Assembly (NCBI GenBank): GCA_964497805.1 | Contig: CAZCFB010000012.1 | Location: forward strand, 3,301 to 67,300 | Direction of reading: 5' to 3' | Length of the DNA stretch: 64,000 nt | Source of the DNA: an uncultured Kofleriaceae bacterium | Lineage (GTDB): Bacteria; Myxococcota_A; Polyangia; GCA-2747355; CAZCFB01 | Part shown: piece by piece, positions 9,389 through 21,329 of the stretch | Numbering within the stretch: the stretch's first letter is position 1 | Layout of the letters: each line of letters opens with the position of its first letter | Notes under the pieces: generated by a model | Database searches by the model: none | Told to the model about the DNA's origin: nothing | What the model saw: the letters and a program-made list of their open reading frames with translations, nothing else | Made by a program: the position numbers and the translations under genes

Positions 9389-11908
9389 ATGAAGCCAAGT
9401 CGCATTCCCAAACTGATCCCGGCCGCGGCCATCGCCGCCACGGTCATCCTCATCGCCGGCCTGATGATACCGGCCACTTCCCATGCCCAGTCCAGAGGTG
9501 GCAGGGGCGGGGGCCGGGCGGACGAAACCCGCTCAGGGGGCGCCGCCAAGGCGGAGAAGGAGGTCGCCGGCAGCGCGGGCGATCCTCTGGCCACCACGGT
9601 CACCACCACCACGGCCGGTGGGAAGATCAAGGTGGAGCCAGCCAAGCTGGAGTACAACGAGTGCCTTGGCCGTAAGGCCCGCCGGGCCGCGTACAAGTTC
9701 TCCCTGAACAAGGGCACCGAGCTGCTGGAGCTGGTGGAGTTGATCAGCAAGATGACCTGCAAGCGGTTCATCGTCTCGGAGACCCTGCGCGCCCAGAAGG
9801 TGACCATCATCTCGCCGGAGAAGATCACGGTGGAGGAGGCGTACAAGGCGTTCCTCAGCTCCCTGGACGTGATGGGGCTCACCGTGGTGCCGGCTGGCCG
9901 CTACCTGAAGATTGTCCAGGGGAACTGGGCCATCCAGGGCCCGATCAAGACCTTCGGCGACAAGCAGAAGGGGCGCACCCCCCTCACCGATGACGTGGTG
10001 ACGCAGATCATCCAGGTCAAGAACGTGGACGTAAACGAGATGCTGCTGGTGCTGAACAAGCTGAAGTCGCGTAACGGCGACATCACCGCTTACAAGCCCA
10101 GCAACTCTCTGATCATCACCGACAACGGCTACAACATCCGCCGCATGCTCTACCTGATCAAGGAGCTGGACCTGGAGTCCGAGGGGGAGAAGATCTGGGT
10201 GGTCCGTCTCAAGTACGCCGACCCGGACGAGGTGAACAAGATCCTGAGCCAGCTCTTCTCGGCCACGGGCAACGCGCGGCCCCAGGTGCGGGGGAGGCCG
10301 GGCAGGCAGCGGGACGACGCCAGCCAGGTGCGCGCCTCAAAGATCGTCTCCGACTCTGCCTCCAACTCCCTGATCATCGTTGCCAGCACCGGCTCGTTCA
10401 ACCGCATCGCCTCCCTGATCAAGAAGCTCGACGTGGAGGAGGACGCGGCCACGCAGAAGGTACATGTCTACTACCTGGAGAACGCCGACGCCGAGGACCT
10501 CTCCAACACCCTCGGCGCCCTCACGGGCACTTCGGGCGGCCGCAACGTACGCGGCCGGCGGCCAGCGCGGCGGCCCGGCGGCGGCCAGCAGGCGGCCACC
10601 CTGTTTGAGGGGGACGTCAAGATCAGCGCTGACAAGCCCACCAACTCCCTGGTCATCGTGGCCACCACCAAGGACTACCTGAACCTGCGCGGCGTGATCC
10701 AGAAGCTGGACATCCCGCGCCGGCAGGTGTTCGTGGAGGCGAGCATCCTCGAGATCAGCATGGACAACACGAAGAAGGTGGGCTTCGCCTACCACGGCGG
10801 CGGCGTGGCGGGGGAGGGGGACACCGAGTCCCTGATCTTCGGCGGCGTGGAGTCCTCGGACCTGAACTCCCTGCTGGTCAACCCCCTGGGCATGATGGGC
10901 CTGGCCGTGGGCGTGAGGGGCGCGGAGATCCAGGGGTCCGGGCAGCTGCTGGGCGTGGGCACCGACATCCCTGGCTTCGGCGTCATGTTCCAGGCGCTGC
11001 AGAACAACAGCGACGTGAACATCCTCTCCTCTCCTCACATCCTCACCACCGACAACGAGGAGGCGGAGATCACGGTGGGGCAGAACCTGCCGTTCCAGGG
11101 CGCCATGATGGGCGGCGGCTTCGGCGGGCTCGCAGGTGCGGCTGGCGCGGCTGGCGCTGCCGGCGGCGCGGCGGCGCTCTCCTCCTTCCTGCCCGGCGTC
11201 TCGGTGCAGCGCCAGGACGTGGCCCTGAAGATGAAGATCACCCCCCACGTCAACGAGAGCGAGATGGTGCGCCTTGAGCTGGAGCAGGAGGTCTCGGACA
11301 TCGTCTCCCAGAACTTCAACGGCATGGGGCCGGCCACCTCCAAGCGTTCGGCCAAGACGGTGGTGGTGGTGCGTGATCAGCAGACCGTCGTCATCGGCGG
11401 CCTCATGGGCAACCGGGTGCGCAACTCGGTGAGCAAGGTGCCGATCCTGGGCGACATCCCGATCCTGGGTTACCTGTTCAAGTACAAGAAGAAGACCACC
11501 GAGAAGACGAACCTGCTCATCGTGTTGACCCCGTACATCATCCGGGACCAGACCGACCTGCGGCGTATCCTGAAGAAGAAGATGGAGGAGCGGCGGGAGT
11601 TCATCGAGCGCTACACCAGCTTCAAGTACCACGAGATAACCGCCGACGTGGACTTCCGCCACAAGCGCGGCCTGCTTGCCGAGATCAACCGCGTGGCGGG
11701 CCAGGCCGAGCAGGAGGCCAAGCTGCTGGAGGAGGCGCGCAAGGCGTCGGAGCCGGAGGACGTGGAGCCGGTGGAGATGCCCACTGGCATGACCGTGACG
11801 CCGGTGAAGGGCAAGGGCACCAGGCGCAACCCGCGCCGGCAACCCGCCTCGGAGATTCGCCACCCGCCGCGGCCAGTTATCCGCGAGCGGCCCAGGCGGA
11901 TTCGCTAG
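9389..11908 (+). CDS. gspD: type II secretion system secretin GspD
   Basis: Signal peptide MKPSRIPKLIPAAAIAATVILIAG. N-domain repeats (NSLIITD, NSLIIVAS, NSLVIVAT). Secretin domain (VVIGGLM...VPILGDIPILGYLFKY). Start moved to ATG 9389, in frame with track ORF 9218. Confidence 0.9.
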   Translation: MKPSRIPKLIPAAAIAATVILIAGLMIPATSHAQSRGGRGGGRADETRSGGAAKAEKEVAGSAGDPLATTVTTTTAGGKIKVEPAKLEYNECLGRKARRAAYKFSLNKGTELLELVELISKMTCKRFIVSETLRAQKVTIISPEKITVEEAYKAFLSSLDVMGLTVVPAGRYLKIVQGNWAIQGPIKTFGDKQKGRTPLTDDVVTQIIQVKNVDVNEMLLVLNKLKSRNGDITAYKPSNSLIITDNGYNIRRMLYLIKELDLESEGEKIWVVRLKYADPDEVNKILSQLFSATGNARPQVRGRPGRQRDDASQVRASKIVSDSASNSLIIVASTGSFNRIASLIKKLDVEEDAATQKVHVYYLENADAEDLSNTLGALTGTSGGRNVRGRRPARRPGGGQQAATLFEGDVKISADKPTNSLVIVATTKDYLNLRGVIQKLDIPRRQVFVEASILEISMDNTKKVGFAYHGGGVAGEGDTESLIFGGVESSDLNSLLVNPLGMMGLAVGVRGAEIQGSGQLLGVGTDIPGFGVMFQALQNNSDVNILSSPHILTTDNEEAEITVGQNLPFQGAMMGGGFGGLAGAAGAAGAAGGAAALSSFLPGVSVQRQDVALKMKITPHVNESEMVRLELEQEVSDIVSQNFNGMGPATSKRSAKTVVVVRDQQTVVIGGLMGNRVRNSVSKVPILGDIPILGYLFKYKKKTTEKTNLLIVLTPYIIRDQTDLRRILKKKMEERREFIERYTSFKYHEITADVDFRHKRGLLAEINRVAGQAEQEAKLLEEARKASEPEDVEPVEMPTGMTVTPVKGKGTRRNPRRQPASEIRHPPRPVIRERPRRIR

Positions 11909-11921
11909 AGGAGGCGAGGCC

Positions 11922-13658
<1,737 letters not shown>

Positions 13659-13824
13659 AGATGTCCGAGGCGCGAATAATGATGCGGTTTGGTCGAGAAA
13701 CTGGCGCCGAGGTCAAGGCGCGACGACGAAGGCGTACCAGAGGTACGTCGAGGAGGAGCAACGCAGAGATCGGCGCCTGGGGCCGGCCAGACCGCGTTGT
13801 GACTTCCGCCGAGGACATCTAACC

Positions 13825-15057
13825 GTGCCGGTATTCGCGTACAAGGGCGTCGACGCCAAGGGCAAGCAGGTTTCCGGGGTCAAGGACGCCGATGGCCGCC
13901 GGGGGCTGCGCGCCTCGCTCCGCAAGGAGGGGGTGCTGGTCACCGACATCTCCGAGGAGCGGGAGCGGGTCGTCAGCGGCGAGGGGCTCAACCGAGAGGT
14001 GGACGTCAAGGGGCTGTTCGACCGGGTCCGGCCCCAGGACGTGGCGGTCGTCACGCGCCAGCTCGCCACCCTCATCCGCGCGGGCATCCCCCTGGCCGAG
14101 TCCCTGTCCGCCATGGGGGAGCAGGCCACCAGCGACCGGCTCAAGCGGTGCATGGCCGAGATACGCACCAAGGTTAACGAGGGCACGTCTCTGGCCGACG
14201 CCCTGGCCGAGCATCCGAAGATCTTCGACGATCTGTACGTGAACATGGTCCGCGCGGGCGAGGCTGCCGGGAACCTGGACGATGTGTTGGCCCGGCTGGC
14301 CGACTTCCTCGACGGGCAGGTGAAGCTCAAGGGGAAGGTCCAGGGGGCCATGGTCTACCCCATCGTCATGGCCATGGTGAGCGTGGCCATCACCGGCATG
14401 TTGATGGTGGTGGTGGTGCCGAAGATCACCGAGATCTTCTCCGACATGGGCCGGTCTCTGCCCTGGAACACTCAGCTGCTGGTCTGGCTCAGCGGTATCA
14501 CCGGGAACTACTGGTGGCTGATCCTCCTGCTGTCCGCTGGAGGGTATTACGGGTTCAAGCGCTGGAAGACGAGCAAGTCCGGGAAGCCGGTGTACGACGG
14601 CATCGTGCTGCGGCTCTGGCTGGTGGGGCCCCTGGTGCGCATGGTGGCGGTGGGCCGGTTTGCCCGCATCCTCGGCACCCTGCTCCACGGCGGCGTGCCC
14701 CTGCTGCAAGCCCTGGAGATCGTCAAGTTCCTGCTGGGCAATGAGGTGCTGATCAAGGTGGTGGACAAGGCGCGGGTCTCCATCCGCGAGGGCGAGAGCA
14801 TCGCCGCCCCGCTGGAGAAGAGCGGCCAATTCCCGCCGCTGGTGACCCGGATGATCGCGGTGGGGGAGCGGTCGGGCCACCTGGAGGAGATGCTGGAGAA
14901 CGTGGCCCAGGCCTACGAGACCGAGGTGGAGCTGAAGCTGAACCGGCTGACCACCCTGATGGAGCCGCTGCTGATCCTCTCCATGGGCGGCATCGTGGGC
15001 TTCATCGTGTTCTCCATCCTGATGCCGATCCTGGAGATGAACGAGATGGTGGGGTAG
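13825..15057 (+). CDS. gspF: type II secretion inner-membrane platform protein GspF
   Basis: 410 aa with a duplicated GspF/PilC-type domain (LATLIRAGIPL, LGTLLHGGVPLLQAL) and three hydrophobic segments. GTG start. Confidence 0.9.
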   Translation: MPVFAYKGVDAKGKQVSGVKDADGRRGLRASLRKEGVLVTDISEERERVVSGEGLNREVDVKGLFDRVRPQDVAVVTRQLATLIRAGIPLAESLSAMGEQATSDRLKRCMAEIRTKVNEGTSLADALAEHPKIFDDLYVNMVRAGEAAGNLDDVLARLADFLDGQVKLKGKVQGAMVYPIVMAMVSVAITGMLMVVVVPKITEIFSDMGRSLPWNTQLLVWLSGITGNYWWLILLLSAGGYYGFKRWKTSKSGKPVYDGIVLRLWLVGPLVRMVAVGRFARILGTLLHGGVPLLQALEIVKFLLGNEVLIKVVDKARVSIREGESIAAPLEKSGQFPPLVTRMIAVGERSGHLEEMLENVAQAYETEVELKLNRLTTLMEPLLILSMGGIVGFIVFSILMPILEMNEMVG

Positions 15058-15080
15058 GGCCCGCCAAACTGGAGGCAGTT

Positions 15081-15512
15081 ATGAGCTTGATAATGAACGT
15101 GGCGAAGGCCCTGAAGAAGAAGCAGCGGCCTGCTCAGGAACGTGAGCTGGGTATGACCCTCATCGAGATCATGGTGGTGGTGGCCATCATCGGGTTGCTC
15201 ATGGGGACGGTGGGCGTGGTGGCGTACAACCGCTTCCAGAAGGCGAAGCTCACCAACGCCAAGATGATCGTCAAGAACATGCAAGAGGCGATCGTGCACT
15301 ACTTCATGGACAACCAGGACAAGTGCCCCACCGACCTGAAGGCCCTGTACACCCAGAAGTACATCAACAAGGAGCCCCAGGACCCGTGGGGTCAGGAGCT
15401 GAAGTTCAAGTGCCCGGGGGAGAACGACACCCAGGGCGCGGACATCTACTCCATGGGGCCTGACCGCAAGGACGGCACCGAGGACGACATCAAGAGCTGG
15501 GAGCTCGACTAG
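15081..15512 (+). CDS. gspG: major pseudopilin GspG
   Basis: Prepilin motif LG/MTLIEIMVVVAIIGLL. C-terminal GspG signature DPWGQELKFKCPG...GPDRKDGTEDDIKSW. Confidence 0.9.
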   Translation: MSLIMNVAKALKKKQRPAQERELGMTLIEIMVVVAIIGLLMGTVGVVAYNRFQKAKLTNAKMIVKNMQEAIVHYFMDNQDKCPTDLKALYTQKYINKEPQDPWGQELKFKCPGENDTQGADIYSMGPDRKDGTEDDIKSWELD

Positions 15513-15518
15513 GGGTGC

Positions 15519-16388
15519 ATGCGCCGCGCCGGGTCACATAGGCGGGAGACCGCCGGATTCACCATCATGGAGCTGATGATCGTCGCGGCGATCTTCGGGC
15601 TGATCATGGTGGGCGCCACGGCGAGCCTGCGCAACCTGACCCGGGCCGACCTCCGCTCGGCGGCCAGCCGCACCGCGGGGGCCATGCGCTACGTCTTCGA
15701 CCGCGCGGCCATGACCGGCCACTACCTCCGCCTGGCCATCGACATCAAGGAGGGCCGCATCTGGATCGAGTACTCCGAGGACCTGGTCCGCCTGCGCGCC
15801 GGCCGGGAACAGCATGTACTGGAGAAGGGGCAGAAGGATCACTCCGGCGAGGCGCGGGCCAAGCTGCGCCAGGCCGCCGAGGAGCGCAAGGGCGGCAGCG
15901 ACTTCCTCGGCTCCATGCTCGGGCTGGGAGGAGACGACGACTACGACGAGGACGGCAACCTGCTGGAGGATGACGAGGAGTTCATCGGGGGGCTGGACGG
16001 CAAGCAGATCGCGGACGAGGCGGAGCTGATGAACATGCCGGTGATCCGGCCCAAGGCCTCCTTCAAGCCGCTTCAAAACGTGGTGACGCGCACCATCAAG
16101 CTCAAGGGCGGGGTGAAGGTCGCCTCGGTGATCACGCCCCGCCTCGCGGAGGCCACCAAGCAGGGGATGGCGTACATCTACTTCTTCCCTCAGGGCCACA
16201 GCGAGCCCGCCATCGTCTACTTCACCGACGAGGAGGAGGAGAAGGTCTACTCGGTGGTGCTGCACCCGCTCACGGGTCGGTCGGTGGTCTACTCATGCGA
16301 GTACGAGATCCCCGACGACTTCGGCGTGAGCGACGACAAGCGCAAGTCCACAAGCCGTGAGAAGTGCAAGAAGGGTGGGAGCTTGTGA
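15519..16388 (+). CDS. gspH: minor pseudopilin, GspH-like (unusually long, acidic insert)
   Basis: Prepilin motif AGFTIMELMIVAAIFGLIMV. Lies directly after gspG. 289 aa with the insert GGDDDYDEDGNLLEDDEEF. Confidence 0.6.
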   Translation: MRRAGSHRRETAGFTIMELMIVAAIFGLIMVGATASLRNLTRADLRSAASRTAGAMRYVFDRAAMTGHYLRLAIDIKEGRIWIEYSEDLVRLRAGREQHVLEKGQKDHSGEARAKLRQAAEERKGGSDFLGSMLGLGGDDDYDEDGNLLEDDEEFIGGLDGKQIADEAELMNMPVIRPKASFKPLQNVVTRTIKLKGGVKVASVITPRLAEATKQGMAYIYFFPQGHSEPAIVYFTDEEEEKVYSVVLHPLTGRSVVYSCEYEIPDDFGVSDDKRKSTSREKCKKGGSL

Positions 16389-17092
16389 GGCGCGCCCGGC
16401 CACATACCGCGGGCTTCACCCTGCTGGAGGTGATGATCGCCCTGGCGATCCTTGCCATGTCCCTGATCACCCTCTCCAGCTCGTACCAGAACAGCGTGCG
16501 GGCGGCCAATCGGTCCCGGCTCATGACCGAGGCCACCCTGCTGGCTCGCTACAAGATGGTCGAGGTGGAGGAGGAGATCTTCAAGGAGGGCTTCTCTGAC
16601 TTTGATGAGGAGGAGGAGGGGGACTTCGAAGACGAGGATTTCGAGCGGTTCAAGTACACGCTCCTGGTGGAGAAGGTGGAGCTGCCCAAGTCGGTTGACC
16701 AACAGGACGCCATGGATCTGATGGGGAGCAGCTCCAGCTCTTCAAGCTCGTCCTCCTCATCCTCCTCGGGCACCGGCAGCCCCATGGACATGCTGGGCGG
16801 CGGCATCCTCGCCTCCTACTACGACATGATCCGCCAGGTGCTGGAGCGGAGCATCCGGCGGGTGCAGCTCAAGGTGCACTGGAAGGAGGGGGCCGTCTCC
16901 CGTGAGGTGACGGTGGTCTCCTACTTCACCGACGATCGCTACATCTCCCAGGCGGCCTCTGGATCGCTCTCCCCGGCCGGCCTGAACACCTCGGGCACAA
17001 GCGGCACAGGCGGCACGGCCACCTCGGGCTCCTCCGGCGCCGGCTCCCCATCCACCGCGCCGGCCATGAACACGGGAGGGCTCAAGCGGTGA
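16385..17092 (+). CDS. gspI: minor pseudopilin, GspI-like (poly-Ser insert)
   Basis: Prepilin motif AGFTLLEVMIALAILAMSL. Start set at GTG 16385 (GTGA overlap with the gspH stop). The track start at 16364 is the alternative. Confidence 0.6.
   Translation: MRRARPHTAGFTLLEVMIALAILAMSLITLSSSYQNSVRAANRSRLMTEATLLARYKMVEVEEEIFKEGFSDFDEEEEGDFEDEDFERFKYTLLVEKVELPKSVDQQDAMDLMGSSSSSSSSSSSSSSGTGSPMDMLGGGILASYYDMIRQVLERSIRRVQLKVHWKEGAVSREVTVVSYFTDDRYISQAASGSLSPAGLNTSGTSGTGGTATSGSSGAGSPSTAPAMNTGGLKR
16727..16768 (+). repeat. 14-codon serine homopolymer inside gspI
   Basis: AGC AGC TCC AGC TCT TCA AGC TCG TCC TCC TCA TCC TCC TCG. Mixed Ser codons argue for selection on the peptide rather than slippage. 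Confidence 0.9.
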
Positions 17093-17790
17093 TCCGGTCA
17101 CGGTCACAGTCACGGTCGCTGGACCAGGGCTTCACGCTCATGGAGGTCCTGGTCTCTCTGGCGATCCTGGCGGGTATGTCCACCATCGTCTGGGGCTCCT
17201 TCTCCATGACCTCGCGCACCAAGCGCAAGGTGGAGGACATCGAGGACCGGTACCACCAGATCAGGCTCGCGATGAACCGCATGGCGCGGGAGATCAGCAT
17301 GGCCTACCTGTCCAAGAACGATCAGCCCATGGCCCAGACGCCGCGCACCATGTTCATCCACTCGCGGGAGAGCTCGGTGGACGAGCTGATGTTCAGCAAC
17401 TTCGCCCACACGCGCCTGCGCGAGGAGGCCAAGGAGTGCGATCAGGCGGTGATCCGGTACTTCAGCGCGGCGGATCCGGAGGACAGCAGCCAGACCAACC
17501 TGATGCGGCGGGAGACCCGCCGGCTGGGCAGCCTGAAGCCGGAGGACGAGGGGCCGGCCTACGTGATGCTCGAGGACATCGAGGAGCTGCACTTCGAGTT
17601 CTTCGACGACCAGATGAACGAGTGGAAGGACACCTGGAATACGCGGTCCCTGGACGGCCAACCCGACCGGCTGCCGGCCAAGATCAAGATCGAGCTCACC
17701 GTGGAGGATTACTGGGGCAAGGAGATCACCTTCGTCACCGCCACGCGGATCTTTGTGCGCAACCCGCTCTGGTTCAGCGCGGGGTCCTAG
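17089..17790 (+). CDS. gspJ: minor pseudopilin GspJ-like
   Basis: Prepilin motif QGFTLMEVLVSLAILAG. 4-bp overlap with gspI. Size and position fit GspJ. Confidence 0.65.
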   Translation: MIRSRSQSRSLDQGFTLMEVLVSLAILAGMSTIVWGSFSMTSRTKRKVEDIEDRYHQIRLAMNRMAREISMAYLSKNDQPMAQTPRTMFIHSRESSVDELMFSNFAHTRLREEAKECDQAVIRYFSAADPEDSSQTNLMRRETRRLGSLKPEDEGPAYVMLEDIEELHFEFFDDQMNEWKDTWNTRSLDGQPDRLPAKIKIELTVEDYWGKEITFVTATRIFVRNPLWFSAGS

Positions 17791-17802
17791 AGGAGAGATG
17801 GA

Positions 17803-19113
17803 GTGAAAGAGGGCCACCACAAACGACGCCGCAATGACCGGGAGCGGGGCGCGGCCCTGGTCTCCGTGGTCGTCGTGGTGGCGGTGATGGCCGTGACCAC
17901 GGCGGACTTCGCCTTCAACACCACCATGGATCTGGCCGCGGCGGCCAACGCGCGGGACGACCTGCGCGCCCACTTCCTGGCCCGCTCCGGCATCAACCTG
18001 TCCCGGCTGCTCTTCCGCCTGCAGCAGCGCATCATCGATCCGAACCGCAAGTTCCTGGGCGGCATGGACCTGCAGGTGGCCGACTACGCGCCCCTGCTCA
18101 TGAGCGCGTTCAACAGCAAGGAGGGGGCAGCGCTGCTCGGCTCCCTGTTCGGCATCAGCGAGGGCGAGATCAAGGGGATCGGGGTGGACGTGGGCACCTT
18201 TGACCTGGAGGTGGAGTCCACCGATGGCCGCATCAACCTGAACTGCGGGGGCGGAGCGAACCCGTCCAGCCCGTCGGTGGTGCGCATGGCCGCGGGGCTC
18301 ACGGCCATGATGATGGCCCCCCGCTATAACCGCCTGTTCGAGGAGCCGGACTCCAAGGGGGAGTACGCCGACCGGCTGGAGATCCTGCGCGCCATCATCG
18401 ACTGGGTGGACCAGGACACCGTGATGTTCGGCTCCTCCGCGGTGGAGGACTACCGCTACAACACCGGCAAGGACCCGTACGAGAACAAGAACCAGTACCT
18501 CGACACCATCGACGAGCTGTACCTGATCAAGGGCGTCGAGGAGGACTGGATGGACGCGTTCCGCTCCTCGGTGACGGTGTACGGCGCGTGCAAGGTGAAC
18601 GTGAACATCGCCACGCCCACCACCATCGTCGCCCTGATCCTGCAGTACGCTCAGACCCCGACCCACCCCTCCATGCGGTGGGAGAACGTAATGCTCCTCT
18701 CCCGCTATGTGGTGCACCTGCGCGACTACTTCGGTGGGTTCAAGGACGAGGAGTCGTTCGTGCGGGCGATCATCGACCCCATGGACGTGACGCTCACGGC
18801 GTACAAGCAGGGGTTCGGGCAGATCTCGGCGGGTACGGGCAGCAGCTCATCCACGACGTCAACCCCACCCAAGAACGTGTCCTCCTACCAGCAGTCGCTG
18901 CCTCCTGTCATCGGGGTGCCGGTGAAGAAGAAGCCGCTCAAGGAGGCCATCGTGGCGGGAGGGCCGCGGAGGATCTACGAGATCCGGGCCACGTCCGAGG
19001 TGGGGCATATCAAAAAGAAGATCACCGCGGTTTGGGACATGAAGCTGATCCCGATGTCGCGGACGCAAGCTCAGGCAGGGCCCGGCGGGTTCCTGTACTG
19101 GCGGGAGGAGTAA
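17803..19113 (+). CDS. gspK: minor pseudopilin GspK-like
   Basis: N-terminus ERGAALVSVVVVVAVMAV, the pseudopilin-like helix without Glu5 seen in GspK. 436 aa. Position fits the operon order. Confidence 0.65.
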   Translation: MKEGHHKRRRNDRERGAALVSVVVVVAVMAVTTADFAFNTTMDLAAAANARDDLRAHFLARSGINLSRLLFRLQQRIIDPNRKFLGGMDLQVADYAPLLMSAFNSKEGAALLGSLFGISEGEIKGIGVDVGTFDLEVESTDGRINLNCGGGANPSSPSVVRMAAGLTAMMMAPRYNRLFEEPDSKGEYADRLEILRAIIDWVDQDTVMFGSSAVEDYRYNTGKDPYENKNQYLDTIDELYLIKGVEEDWMDAFRSSVTVYGACKVNVNIATPTTIVALILQYAQTPTHPSMRWENVMLLSRYVVHLRDYFGGFKDEESFVRAIIDPMDVTLTAYKQGFGQISAGTGSSSSTTSTPPKNVSSYQQSLPPVIGVPVKKKPLKEAIVAGGPRRIYEIRATSEVGHIKKKITAVWDMKLIPMSRTQAQAGPGGFLYWREE

Positions 19114-19116
19114 CCC

Positions 19117-20700
19117 ATGGCGCAGATGGTCCTCGGGATCGATTTGGGATCCCACAGCGTCAAGGTAGCCCGGCTGGAGGTTGGGATGCGCAAGGTTGAG
19201 GTCGCGCACCTGGAGACCCTCCCGGTGCCCTCGGGGCCCGAGCCGCAGCTCACGCGCAGCCTGGAGGCGCTCCAGGGGTTGGAGCTACCCGACAGCGGCG
19301 TGGACCTGGTGACCCTCGGGCTCCCCGGGGACAAGGTGCTGCAGCGGCTGTTCGAGATCCCGGTCACCGACGCCAGGCGGCTGGCGGCGGTGGTCCAGAA
19401 CGAGCTGGCCGACGACATCCCGTGGGAGGTGGATGAGGTCCTGTTCGACCACGCGGCGGTGCCCCAGTTGCCGGGGCAGGTGCTGGTGGTGGCCACCCGA
19501 TCCGAGGCAGTGGAGGAGGTGATCGAGGCCTGCGAGCCGCTGGAGATCACCCCACGCAATATCCCCCCGGCGCCGCTGAGCTATGGCCAGCTGCTGCGGG
19601 GCGCTGACGCGGACGGCGTGACCCTGGTGGCTGACATCGGCCACCGCCTGACAAACCTCTGCCTGGTGGCCGACGGCAGGCCCATCTCGGCCCGCTCCAT
19701 CTCCCGCGGCGGCTACAACTTCACCGACGCCATCCGGCGGGCCTTCCAGATCTCATTTGACGAGGCGGAGGACCTCAAGGAGCGGTACGCGCAGGTGGCC
19801 CCCGGCGACGGGGAGGGGCTGGATCCCAGGGTCAAGGCCATGACGGGGATCCTCCGGGAGGCGCTGGATCCGCTGGTGCGTGAGATGCGCCTCACCCTCG
19901 GCGTGATGGGCGGCAAGCTCGGCATGGCGCCGGGGCGGATCCTCCTCTGCGGCGGCACGAGCCTGCTGCCCGGGCTGGACGAACACCTGTCCGCGGAGCT
20001 GGGGCTCCCGTGCAAGCGCCTGAGCCTGGACCAGGACCCGAACATGTCGGTGGGGGGCATGACCGGCGACGCCCAGGCCCTGGGGGCGCTCTCGTTGGGC
20101 CTCTGCCTGCAGCAGGGCGGCAGGACCGGCCTGGACCTTCGTCAGGGTGAGTACGCCTTCCGCACGGACAGCTCCATCTTCCGCGAGAAGCTCACCACCC
20201 TGGCCGTGTCCACGGTGCTGATCCTGGTGTTCCTCACCCTCAACGCCCTGAGCAGCCTCTACTCCATGCGCAAGGAGGAGGTCCTGCTCAAGAACCGCCT
20301 GAAGCAAGCCTCCCGGGCCGTGTTCGGCGAGGTGATCACGAGCCCGCGTAAGATCTCGCTCATGATCCGCCGTGGCTCCGGGCCGCGGGGCGCGGTGATC
20401 CCGGAGAAGACCGCATTTGACCTGCTGAACCTCTTCTCGAGCAAGATCCCGGCCTCCATGGAGGGGGAAACCGACAAGAAGGGGAAGCCGGTGAAGCTAA
20501 ACCTGGACATCGCCCGCCTGGATATCAAGCAGGAGAAGACCTCCATGTCGGGCACGGCTGATTCCCGCTCCCAGATCGACTCCATCGTCAAGGCGGTGTC
20601 GTCGGATCCATGCGTGAGCAAGGTGACCCAGGGCAAGATCTCGACGGTGGCGGAGGAGAAGAAGCAGTTCTCCCTCACCATCTTTACGGAGTGTTTTTAG
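19117..20700 (+). CDS. gspL: GspL-like assembly protein with PilM/actin-like N-terminal domain
   Basis: VLGIDLGSHSVKVARLE actin-fold start. One transmembrane segment LTTLAVSTVLILVFLTLNAL. Lies between gspK and gspM. Confidence 0.6.
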   Translation: MAQMVLGIDLGSHSVKVARLEVGMRKVEVAHLETLPVPSGPEPQLTRSLEALQGLELPDSGVDLVTLGLPGDKVLQRLFEIPVTDARRLAAVVQNELADDIPWEVDEVLFDHAAVPQLPGQVLVVATRSEAVEEVIEACEPLEITPRNIPPAPLSYGQLLRGADADGVTLVADIGHRLTNLCLVADGRPISARSISRGGYNFTDAIRRAFQISFDEAEDLKERYAQVAPGDGEGLDPRVKAMTGILREALDPLVREMRLTLGVMGGKLGMAPGRILLCGGTSLLPGLDEHLSAELGLPCKRLSLDQDPNMSVGGMTGDAQALGALSLGLCLQQGGRTGLDLRQGEYAFRTDSSIFREKLTTLAVSTVLILVFLTLNALSSLYSMRKEEVLLKNRLKQASRAVFGEVITSPRKISLMIRRGSGPRGAVIPEKTAFDLLNLFSSKIPASMEGETDKKGKPVKLNLDIARLDIKQEKTSMSGTADSRSQIDSIVKAVSSDPCVSKVTQGKISTVAEEKKQFSLTIFTECF

Positions 20701-20735
20701 CGGATCCCGGCTCCGGCCGGGGAGGATAAGAGAAC

Positions 20736-21329
20736 GTGGCATTGAACATCCGAGACCGCATCGACGATATGAAGAGCTCTCTGAGCCGGCTCTCCCCGCG
20801 GGAGTGGCTCGCCCTTGGCGCGCTGGGGCTGACCCTGGTGCTCGGCACGGCGACGGTGGTGGGGTACGTCATCGTCTCCGGGCTGGAGGAGCTGGCCGAG
20901 CGCAACGAGTCCATGCGCAAGGCCATCAAGGACCTGCAGCTCAACGGCTCCAAGTACATGACCCAGCGCCAGCGTCTTGCCGCCCTGGAGGTGCGCATGT
21001 CTCGCGCCCCGCTGAAGCTCAACTCCTTCGTGGAGAAGGTGGCCAAGGATGTGGGCGTGGAGATCGCGGAAACCGGGCAGGTCAACCCGGTGGAGGGGGA
21101 CATCTTCGTGCAGCGGGGCCTTGAGGTGAAGCTGCGCAAGGTGGGGCTCAAGGATCTGGCTCAGCTGATCAAGCAGCTGGAGAACAGCCCCCACATCGTG
21201 CAGATCACGCGGCTGAGCGTGTCGGCGCGCTGGGGGGAACACAAGGACCTGGATGTGGAGATGGTCGTGTCGACCTACGAGAAGCGGGCCAGTGAACCTC
21301 GGGGTCCGGAGCCGGAGAACCGGACATGA
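20736..21329 (+). CDS. gspM: GspM-like bitopic membrane protein
   Basis: 197 aa, single N-proximal transmembrane segment WLALGALGLTLVLGTATVVGYVIV. Assigned mainly from operon position and size. GTG start. Confidence 0.5.
   Translation: MALNIRDRIDDMKSSLSRLSPREWLALGALGLTLVLGTATVVGYVIVSGLEELAERNESMRKAIKDLQLNGSKYMTQRQRLAALEVRMSRAPLKLNSFVEKVAKDVGVEIAETGQVNPVEGDIFVQRGLEVKLRKVGLKDLAQLIKQLENSPHIVQITRLSVSARWGEHKDLDVEMVVSTYEKRASEPRGPEPENRT

Noticed and set aside
17110-18717. 535-aa minus-strand ORF antisense to gspJ and gspK
   Set aside because: It is a shadow ORF for the same reasons. It has no motifs, and the opposite strand carries prepilin-type genes in operon order.
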